DNA of 64,000 nt, from NCBI GenBank assembly GCA_050012255.1, contig JBEKHN010000004.1, positions 47,951 to 111,950 of the forward strand. Direction: 5' to 3'. This DNA comes from Candidatus Bathyarchaeia archaeon (GTDB taxonomy: Archaea > Thermoproteota > Bathyarchaeia > Bathyarchaeales > Bathycorpusculaceae). The notes beneath the pieces were generated by a model. The model searched no databases, had not been told where the DNA came from, and worked only from the letters and a program-made list of their open reading frames with translations. The translations under genes were made by a program, and so were the position numbers. This document shows, piece after piece, positions 57,399-64,000 of this stretch (positions are counted from its first letter, which is position 1; every line of letters starts with the position of its first letter).

Positions 57399-57803
57399 TC
57401 AGGGTTTCTCAACAAGTTCAAGAAGAACGCCGCGAGTGCTTTTCGGATGGACGAAAGCGATCTTTGCTCCTTCTGCGCCAGACCTCGGCTTCTCATCAAT
57501 CAGTGTTAACCCTTTCTTCTTGAAATCTTCAAGCACAGCCTCGATGTTCTTGACCCTTAAAGCGAGATGTTGTATGCCCTCGCCTCGTGTTTCAAGGAAC
57601 TTTGCAACTGGGCTGTCGCTGCCAAGAGGCTCTAACAGTTCAATGCGACTTTCCTTTCCAGCTGAAAAGAAGGCAACTCTTACCTTCCGCTCTTCCAACT
57701 TGTGGACTCCTTCAAGCCGAAAACCTAGAATGTCACGGTAAACGCAGATTGCTTCATTCAGGTCTTTCACGGCAATCCCTATGTGATCGATAGCTTCGAT
57801 CAA
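57399..57803 (-). CDS. mce: methylmalonyl-CoA epimerase (VOC family)
   Basis: 134 aa with '[11 protein letters not shown]', '[15 protein letters not shown]', 'GIQHLALRV' and '[18 protein letters not shown]'. Confidence 0.85.
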   Translation of the reverse strand: MIEAIDHIGIAVKDLNEAICVYRDILGFRLEGVHKLEERKVRVAFFSAGKESRIELLEPLGSDSPVAKFLETRGEGIQHLALRVKNIEAVLEDFKKKGLTLIDEKPRSGAEGAKIAFVHPKSTRGVLLELVEKP

Positions 57804-57902
57804 CGTTCATTCCTCTTCAATGACACTGTAGGGCAAGTCAGCCACGTTATAAAAAAGTTTCCAGTATTCCCTTCAAGCGTTCTCACAGAACTGCTTCGCA
57901 GA

Positions 57903-60900
57903 TCATCTTTCCCCTTTGATCCAGCCCTTGATCCCCAATTCTTTGACTGTTATGCTAACCGGTTCCGGCTGGTGCGATTTGTATGTGCCATTTTCATCCA
58001 GATACAGTATAGTAGGTTTCAAAAAGAATTCTCCCTGAGCCTTTGGCTTAATAGTGAGTCTCACCTCTTCTGTCTTCAACGGGTCAAGCCTTTTTCCCTT
58101 CATGTTGAGGTAACTGTCTTCTACGCGGTAGATTTCAGGTTTTTCAGCCAGCTCAAAACCTGCGGGAATGACCTCCGTGATTTTAATGAGCTGGGCAGAG
58201 CTTTTTCCCGCGTTGACAAGCTCTATCTCAAAATCCAGGTTTTCACCGACTTTCAGCTGCTTCTGGCGTGTAACAAGGTTTGCCTGCACATTGGCGTTTT
58301 CGAATTTCTCCAAGCCCACCGCGTTTTCTTGGTTTGGTGTGGGCGTTGTGAAAGCAGAGGTTGTTGAAACAATCGACGGCGCGTGCAACACCTCGCTGAG
58401 AGACAGGGCTAGTTCTCGTTCCTCTTTCACCCTCTCCAGCAGCCTTAGAACCTGTTCGCTTTTCTCCGGATGCTCCGCCTTCATAAACGAGCCTGCTGAA
58501 GTCTGCAGCACCTTTTCGGCCATCATGTAAAGCCTTGCTTTTTTCTCAGGATCACTTTCCACCTTAGCATTGTCCATACGCATGTAGGCATCAAGGAGCA
58601 GTTCAGTTGCCTTGGCATACTCTGATGCGTTCTGGAAGCCAGCCCTTACGTAATGTTTCGCGGCGCTTTCCAGTTGCTGTATGGCGATCTTGTACAATTC
58701 TGCATTCCCTGTGTCAGCAAATTTCGTTCCGGCTTCAAGCGCTCTGCAGAAGCGACTATGTCCCAACGCTAACATTTTCGCTTTCTCGTTCGGACTGAAC
58801 TCTTTGGCTTCCTCGAAGAGCTGGGACGCTTCTAAGTACAGGTCGGGCGATCCTTCAGCTTCTGCTCCCGTCATTTTTGCCCAAGCCTGAGAAAGAATCG
58901 TGATGAGTCTGAATTCCTTCTTGTCTTGTTCTGACTCTGCCGCCTGGGCTATTTTCTGAAGAGTCTCGACCGCTGAACAGTATTTTTCTGAGCTTGAGTA
59001 GTGGTCGCCTTTCTTATCAAGGATTTTTGCCTCTTCGATGGCGATTCTCGCCAAACAGTATTCGCGCCTTGAGTCCGTTGCATTGACCATTTGGGTGGCC
59101 ATCTGTTTCTCGTCTGGGTCTTCAATCTTGGCAAGCCCATCCTGGATTGATTTCTTAGTTTCCTCAAAAAGTCTGGCTGCTTGTTCAAAGGCTTGGAGGG
59201 CTTCTTCGCTTCGTTCTTTTCTGCTTAACTCTTCTGCATGCTCAATTTGGGCCCAAGCAAAGTAGTTTGGAGCTAGGTAACTCCACTGTTTCAACGATTT
59301 GTGCATGTTGGCGGCTTTCTCAAAGTGCTCCTCTGCCAAACCACACTCTTGTCTTTCGTGATGATGCCTTGCCTTCTCGATTTCACTCCAAGCCCGCATG
59401 TAACACGCATGATCCTGATAAAAGCCCTTGAGCTGAGGAATGCTTTCTGCGGCGCTCATGTAGTTGTCTGAGGCTGAGCCGAAGTATTGAGCCGCATTTG
59501 AATGCTCGCCCAGCGCATCATAAGCTTGGGCGATCTTCCAGTGGCACTCAGCCATGCGACTTCTTAGATTGAGCTTTTGAAATGATTCAGTCGCTTCTCT
59601 AAAGGCTTCTATGGCTTTTTTCAAATACTCTTGGTTTCGAGTAAGGCCATATAGGCGGTTCAACACATTTCCGTATTCAGATTGCGAATGCCCGAGAACA
59701 GCAAATAGCGATGTTAAACTTGAAAGTTTACTTTCAACGAATGCCAATTCTTTAGTAAGAAGTTTTAAGGAATTCTCTCTGCATAACGCGACTTCCTGGA
59801 ACAGGTTCTTCTTGGTTTCAGGGTCATCTGCTAGCTCGGCAAGATCGGATTTTATCGTAGCTAAGGTGTCCTGATTTATACCACGGTTCCAGTAGAGAAG
59901 GGGTGTAAGCTGCTCAGTCCTTGCAACAGATTCTTTCCTGTGTTGCAGAGCCTGTTCGAGAAGCTTTTTTTTCTCGTCGCGGTTGGTTTCTGTTTTGGCC
60001 AAGGCACGCATAATCCCGCCGAATATGCCATGCGCATACATCATGACCTCTGGATACCCGGAATTCTCAGCCTTCTTCAGCATTTCCGGTGCGGCTTTCA
60101 CGGCTTTTTCTAACAGATCACGCTTTTTCCTCACGTCTGTTTCCATGCCAGCCAGCCAAATGTTGGAATCAGCAGGAGACGCTTCGATCCAAGCAAGGTC
60201 TGCGCGTGGACTTATGAACGAGATTTGAGAGAACTGTTCTCTGGCGTCTTGAATGTACTGCATGACTGCTTTGGCGAGCTGAGCTATCTCGTCCTTGTCT
60301 TCAATGGCGTTTGTCTTCCAGACAGTGTGATAAGTCAGCCAGTCAAGTGCGCATCCGATGAAGAATCTGTCTTTGGTTTTCTTTGCAAACTCTAATCCTT
60401 TCTTGCAATTCGACAGAGCTTCATCCGAACCCTCCAAGCCGAATATGGGTTGTCCTCCAAACACTGGGCATAGCGATTCAAGGACGGCTATCTCTTCGGG
60501 AAGCTCTTTGGCCTTGACCCAGTAGTCCACACCTTTTTGATAGGACTGTTCTCGCTCACGTCCGTCTTGGCAGTAGTAGCCGAACACTCCTAGACAGACA
60601 ACCGTTTTTGCACAGGCTCTTGCGAGTTCGGAAGCCTCCTCGGAAGCGGAAAGGAACTTTATAGCCTTCTCTCCACACTCCACCGTTTCCTTCATGATCC
60701 TTACGCGTGCTTGAAAATCCGACTCAAGTGTGAATTCAAAAATGGGGCCAATTGACAGCTGATTGTACGTCTTTCCATAATCCCAAGAGGCTTCAGCAGC
60801 TTCAAAAGCTTCTAGAGCAGCTTTTGTCAGCCTCCAACAATCATTAAGTAGTTTTTTCTTCTCAGACGCTTCGGTTGCAAGCCAGTAGCCCATGAAGGCT

Positions 60901-61217
60901 ATCATGGCTTCACATCGAAGCATCCTTGGCGCTTTTTCCACGTCACCTAAACTGCCATAGGATTTCTTGGCCTTGTCGTGGTTCGCGATCGCCTCGCGAA
61001 TTCTTTCCTTACACTCATTGACGCTTTCAGCCTGCATGGCAGCTTTGTAGAAAGCGCAACCCATTCGCTCGTAAGTGTCGCCGATGCTGAAGGCGTCTTG
61101 CTCAGAAAACAAGCCCAACGCCTTCCTGTAAGATTCAACTGCTCCCAGCCAATCGTACTCTCTTTCCTTCTCCTTTGCCAGTCTAAGGATTGCGTCAAGA
61201 CCAGAGGATTCAGACAT
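57903..61217 (-). CDS. 1104-aa all-helical TPR-like repeat protein with C-terminal Ig-like (CARDB/DUF11-type) domain
   Basis: About 950 aa of helical hairpin repeats rich in A/E/K/L with recurrent 'A...Y..A' spacing. A Ser/Thr linker ('SIVSTTSAFTTPTP') precedes a beta-rich domain ('LKVGENLDFEIELVNAGKSSAQLIKITEVIPAGFEL...'). No signal peptide and no enzymatic motif. Confidence 0.7.
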   Translation of the reverse strand: MSESSGLDAILRLAKEKEREYDWLGAVESYRKALGLFSEQDAFSIGDTYERMGCAFYKAAMQAESVNECKERIREAIANHDKAKKSYGSLGDVEKAPRMLRCEAMIAFMGYWLATEASEKKKLLNDCWRLTKAALEAFEAAEASWDYGKTYNQLSIGPIFEFTLESDFQARVRIMKETVECGEKAIKFLSASEEASELARACAKTVVCLGVFGYYCQDGREREQSYQKGVDYWVKAKELPEEIAVLESLCPVFGGQPIFGLEGSDEALSNCKKGLEFAKKTKDRFFIGCALDWLTYHTVWKTNAIEDKDEIAQLAKAVMQYIQDAREQFSQISFISPRADLAWIEASPADSNIWLAGMETDVRKKRDLLEKAVKAAPEMLKKAENSGYPEVMMYAHGIFGGIMRALAKTETNRDEKKKLLEQALQHRKESVARTEQLTPLLYWNRGINQDTLATIKSDLAELADDPETKKNLFQEVALCRENSLKLLTKELAFVESKLSSLTSLFAVLGHSQSEYGNVLNRLYGLTRNQEYLKKAIEAFREATESFQKLNLRSRMAECHWKIAQAYDALGEHSNAAQYFGSASDNYMSAAESIPQLKGFYQDHACYMRAWSEIEKARHHHERQECGLAEEHFEKAANMHKSLKQWSYLAPNYFAWAQIEHAEELSRKERSEEALQAFEQAARLFEETKKSIQDGLAKIEDPDEKQMATQMVNATDSRREYCLARIAIEEAKILDKKGDHYSSSEKYCSAVETLQKIAQAAESEQDKKEFRLITILSQAWAKMTGAEAEGSPDLYLEASQLFEEAKEFSPNEKAKMLALGHSRFCRALEAGTKFADTGNAELYKIAIQQLESAAKHYVRAGFQNASEYAKATELLLDAYMRMDNAKVESDPEKKARLYMMAEKVLQTSAGSFMKAEHPEKSEQVLRLLERVKEERELALSLSEVLHAPSIVSTTSAFTTPTPNQENAVGLEKFENANVQANLVTRQKQLKVGENLDFEIELVNAGKSSAQLIKITEVIPAGFELAEKPEIYRVEDSYLNMKGKRLDPLKTEEVRLTIKPKAQGEFFLKPTILYLDENGTYKSHQPEPVSITVKELGIKGWIKGER

Positions 61218-61386
61218 GTGGGATATACCATTACTGACTATCAGTCAGGTATTTGAAAAGGCTTTTCATGACACTCAAGCTCAGGGACACACCACTGATC
61301 CAACGATAGATGAAAGCCGCGCTATAGGCGGTTGTCCCTAGGGTGCTTCGTTCAACGCGCTTACAAATGGCGAGTTCCTTAGAACA

Positions 61387-61393
61387 TTTATAT
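61387..61393 (+). promoter_or_regulatory. TATA-like box upstream of the ribonucleotide reductase gene
   Basis: 'TTTATAT' lies 38 nt upstream of ATG 61425, with 'AGGAGAG' in between. Confidence 0.3.
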
Positions 61394-61424
61394 TCGCAAA
61401 AAGGAGAGATCGGAGTGATGCGTC

Positions 61425-63515
61425 ATGACGATCAAGAAGATAGTCAAAAGAGACGGCAGAGTAGTTGATTTTGATTCTAACAGGATTAGAGACGCTGTTT
61501 ACAAGGCTTTTATTGCTGTTGAGTTGGAGGATGGTAAGAAAGCTGAGAGCATATCCCGGGAGGTAGTTAGGCTTCTGGACGAGAAATTCGATGGAAGAAC
61601 TCCTTCCGTTGAGGATGCGCAAGACCTCGTGGTAGAGGTTCTGAAGAAAGAAGGTTTTGAAAGAGTTGCGCAGGAATATCAAGTTTACAGGCAGAAGAAG
61701 CTCGAAATAAGGAACCTGAGAGAAAAGCTGGGCATTGAAGAGCCCAAACTGACGGTCAACGCCCTTGAAGTCTTGAGGCAGAGGTACCTTCTGAGAGACG
61801 AAACTGAAAGACTCACAGAGACCCCTGCTCAGCTGTTCAAGAGAGTCGCAGGAGCAGTGGCGAAGCCTGACGAAAAACACGGTGGAAACGCCGTTCAAAG
61901 TGAAAAGACATTTTTTGAAATGATGGCAAAGCTCGAGTTTGTTCCGAACACTCCGACGCTATTCAACGCTGGAACAGAGCTTGGTCAACTGTCTGCGTGC
62001 TTCGTCCTGCCCGTTGAAGACTCGCTGGAAGGTATTTTCAACGCTGCAAAAGACATGGCGATCATCGAGAAGAGCGGCGGCGGAGTCGGCTTCGATTTCT
62101 CGAGGCTCAGACCTAAGGGAGACCTGGTCATGTCAACCAAAGGCGTAGCAAGCGGCCCTGTCAGTTTCATGAGGGTTTTTGACACTGGTACAGAAGTAAT
62201 AAAGGCTGGTGGAAAGCGAAGAGGGGCAATGATGGCGATCTTGAGGGTTGACCATCCGGACATCCTTGAATTCATAACGTCAAAGCAGCAGCCTGGCTTT
62301 CTGTCCAACTTCAACATCTCAGTCGCCGCTACGGACGTTTTCATGAAGGCCGTGGAGGAAAATGAGGAATACTGGCTAGTCAACCCTAGAAGCAAAGAAA
62401 AAACTAGGAAACTCAACGCCCGAGACGTTTGGACTCAGATGGCAAGGTCCGCGTGGGCCAGCGGAGACCCCGGCGTCGTCTTCATAGACGAGATCAACAG
62501 GCACAACCCCACGCCCAAGGTTGGAATGATGGAGTCAACCAACCCCTGCGGGGAGCAGCCGCTGCTTCCTTATGAGTCCTGCAACTTGGGCTCAATCAAC
62601 CTTTCAAGAATGGTTGAAGATGGAAAAATAAACTTTGAGAAACTGAGAGAAACCGTGAGGAACGGGGTTCACTTTCTCGACAACGTCGTGGACGCAAACA
62701 CGTATCCTTTGAAGGAGACTGAGAAGATAACAAGGGCCAACAGGAAGATAGGCCTAGGACTGATGGGTTTTGCAGACATGCTGATAAAACTCGGAGTTCC
62801 CTACGATTCTGAGCAGGCCCTGAGCGTCGGGGAAAAGATAATGAAGTTCATCGAAGAGGAGGGACACAAGAAGTCCGTGGAGCTGGGTAAGGAAAGAGGG
62901 TCATTTCCAAACTTTGAGGAAAGCATCTGGAAGGACAGGTACTCGGCCATGAGGAACTCGACGGTGACAACCGTGGCGCCGACAGGAACCATAAGCATAA
63001 TCGCCGGCTGCAGCTCAGGCATCGAGCCGATTTTCGCGATCTCCTTCATACGGAACGTGCTGAGCGGGACGAGACTCTTCGAAACCAACCCGCTGTTCGA
63101 GATGATGTCAAAAGAAAGAGGCTTCTACAGTGCCAAGCTTCTGGAAGAAATAGCCAAAACGGGCTCTGTTCAGAAGATTAACGGAGTCCCGGAAGACATT
63201 AAGAAGCTTTTTGTAACGGCCCTAGACATCAAACCCGAATGGCACGTGAGAATGCAGGCCGCATTCCAAAAGCACACGGACAACGCCGTGTCAAAGACCG
63301 TTAACCTGCCGACGGAAGCAACGGTTGAAGACGTCAGGCAAACATACGACTTAGCCTGGAAGCTGAAGTGCAAAGGAGTAACCGTGTTCAGGTACGGAAG
63401 CAAACCCGAGCAGGTGCTGTACATCGGAGAAATAAAAACTGAGAAGGGAAAATTCGTCACTCTAGAACCAGAGTACGCCGGCGGCTGCCCCACCAAGAAC
63501 TGCCCATTCCCATAG
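61425..63515 (+). CDS. nrdJ: class II (adenosylcobalamin-dependent) ribonucleotide reductase with N-terminal ATP-cone
   Basis: 696 aa. ATP-cone 'IVKRDGRVVDFDSNRIRDAVYKA', 'PNTPTLFNAG', active site 'STNPCGEQPLLPYESCNLGSINL' and a C-terminal Cys pair 'GGCPTKNCPF'. No intein. Confidence 0.9.
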   Translation: MTIKKIVKRDGRVVDFDSNRIRDAVYKAFIAVELEDGKKAESISREVVRLLDEKFDGRTPSVEDAQDLVVEVLKKEGFERVAQEYQVYRQKKLEIRNLREKLGIEEPKLTVNALEVLRQRYLLRDETERLTETPAQLFKRVAGAVAKPDEKHGGNAVQSEKTFFEMMAKLEFVPNTPTLFNAGTELGQLSACFVLPVEDSLEGIFNAAKDMAIIEKSGGGVGFDFSRLRPKGDLVMSTKGVASGPVSFMRVFDTGTEVIKAGGKRRGAMMAILRVDHPDILEFITSKQQPGFLSNFNISVAATDVFMKAVEENEEYWLVNPRSKEKTRKLNARDVWTQMARSAWASGDPGVVFIDEINRHNPTPKVGMMESTNPCGEQPLLPYESCNLGSINLSRMVEDGKINFEKLRETVRNGVHFLDNVVDANTYPLKETEKITRANRKIGLGLMGFADMLIKLGVPYDSEQALSVGEKIMKFIEEEGHKKSVELGKERGSFPNFEESIWKDRYSAMRNSTVTTVAPTGTISIIAGCSSGIEPIFAISFIRNVLSGTRLFETNPLFEMMSKERGFYSAKLLEEIAKTGSVQKINGVPEDIKKLFVTALDIKPEWHVRMQAAFQKHTDNAVSKTVNLPTEATVEDVRQTYDLAWKLKCKGVTVFRYGSKPEQVLYIGEIKTEKGKFVTLEPEYAGGCPTKNCPFP

Positions 63516-63666
63516 CAAAGCGCTCACTCTGAATTCCAAGTTGGAAACATTGACCAAACAGCTAAGACAACGCAGCCCGCCGAAGAAGCGGAGCGACATG
63601 GAATGATACGCCTGACCAGTGCCAAAACATTGCAGTTCAAGCTATGACTAGTTAGAGTTCAAATTA

Positions 63667-63684
63667 TTTGTACACGTGTACAAA
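63667..63684. promoter_or_regulatory. perfect 18-bp palindrome, candidate operator upstream of the wHTH gene
   Basis: 'TTTGTACACGTGTACAAA' lies 63 nt upstream of GTG 63747 and abuts an A/T-rich 'AAATTATTT' TATA-like element. Confidence 0.4.
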
Positions 63685-63746
63685 AGCGTAGAATTAAGTT
63701 TCTCGCTGACCATCTATTCTCTCAGTTCTGAGAGGGAAGGGAGACC

Positions 63747-64000
63747 GTGGAGACTCGGCTCAGGAAACGCGAAAGGGACAGAATAGCCATAGTTGCGGAG
63801 ATTCTGGAAATGGCCCGTGGTGGAGTCTTGAAGAGCAATATTATGTGGAGAGCCGGACTGAGTTATGAAATGCTGAATGGATACCTCGGGCTCATGATGA
63901 ACGCCAAGTTGCTGGACAAAGTGCTGAAGAAGAACAAAGTGGTGTTCAAGCCAACGGACAGGGGCATAAAGTTCTTGTACCACTGCCGTGAAATCATGGA
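63747..64000 (+). CDS. small winged-helix DNA-binding protein (archaeal HTH_45-like), 3' end outside the window
   Basis: GTG start preceded by 'GGGAAGGGAG'. Product: 'ETRLRKRERDRIAIVAEILEMARGGVLKSNIMWRAGLSYEMLNGYLGLMMNAKLLDKVLKKNKVVFKPTDRGIKFLYHCREIM'. The frame is open to the window end, so it is missing from the ORF track. The listed minus ORF 63714-63983 is its antisense shadow. Confidence 0.6.
   Translation, partial: METRLRKRERDRIAIVAEILEMARGGVLKSNIMWRAGLSYEMLNGYLGLMMNAKLLDKVLKKNKVVFKPTDRGIKFLYHCREIM

Noticed and set aside
61218-61424. Cobalamin riboswitch upstream of the B12-dependent RNR (and upstream of the mutase, 51720-51892)
   Set aside because: The leaders are short, since TATA-like boxes lie about 40 nt from the starts. 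I saw no B12-box-like conserved core.
63714-63983. 89-aa minus-strand ORF at the right edge
   Set aside because: The opposite (plus) frame encodes a convincing wHTH protein with an SD-like element and stays open to the window end. The minus ORF is its antisense shadow.

Overview
This 64 kb window reads as a gene-dense chromosomal segment from an uncultured archaeon. The lineage guess is a TACK-type archaeon such as Bathyarchaeia; that is inference from gene content, not a search result. Archaeal markers: a ribosomal protein eL38 homologue, an aEF-2-type GTPase, and a tRNA(CAU) with a 20-nt intron at the canonical 37/38 position in a bulge-helix-bulge context. Further markers are HdrA/MvhD modules, a thiolase+DUF35 gene pair, and TATA-like boxes about 25-40 nt upstream of starts.

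Gene content in order:
- [NiFe]-hydrogenase maturation genes hypE and hypD-hypC-orf-hypF
- an MFS transporter and a COG1964/MJ0619-type radical SAM enzyme
- an approximately 11.5 kb fatty-acid beta-oxidation island (acyl-CoA synthetase, thiolase+DUF35, crotonase, two acyl-CoA dehydrogenases, 3-hydroxyacyl-CoA dehydrogenase, EtfAB)
- a secreted PQQ-like beta-propeller with a dockerin
- a redox island (HdrA-MvhD fusion, HdrD-like CCG protein, TrxR-like flavoprotein, a double ferredoxin/MvhD protein, NfnAB-like pair)
- eL38, a DapA-family aldolase, tRNA-Val, tRNA-Ser and tRNA-Met(intron)
- two frameshifted genes (a SAM methyltransferase and a MazG-like gene)
- methylglyoxal synthase
- an approximately 1500-aa secreted S8 protease with beta-helix repeats and a dockerin
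- an EF-2 paralogue lacking the diphthamide histidine
- Ogg, a flavodoxin-like protein, an isochorismatase-family protein, an M24 peptidase and a MoaD/SAMP-like protein
- a methylmalonyl pathway block (mutase large subunit, BCCP, 5S and 12S carboxyltransferases, epimerase)
- an orphan 1104-aa TPR protein, a class II ribonucleotide reductase and a partial wHTH regulator

No CRISPR array, transposase, integrase or recognisable defence system was seen. The most interesting candidates:
- the hydrogenase-less Hdr/MvhD/Nfn island beside the ETF/beta-oxidation genes
- the diphthamide-less EF-2 paralogue
- the biotin-carboxylase-less 12S/5S/BCCP set
- the two dockerin-bearing surface proteins
- the orphan TPR giant
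- a hairpin plus oligo-T candidate ncRNA in an otherwise empty 800-bp gap

All functional calls come from reading motifs by eye. No database search was run.
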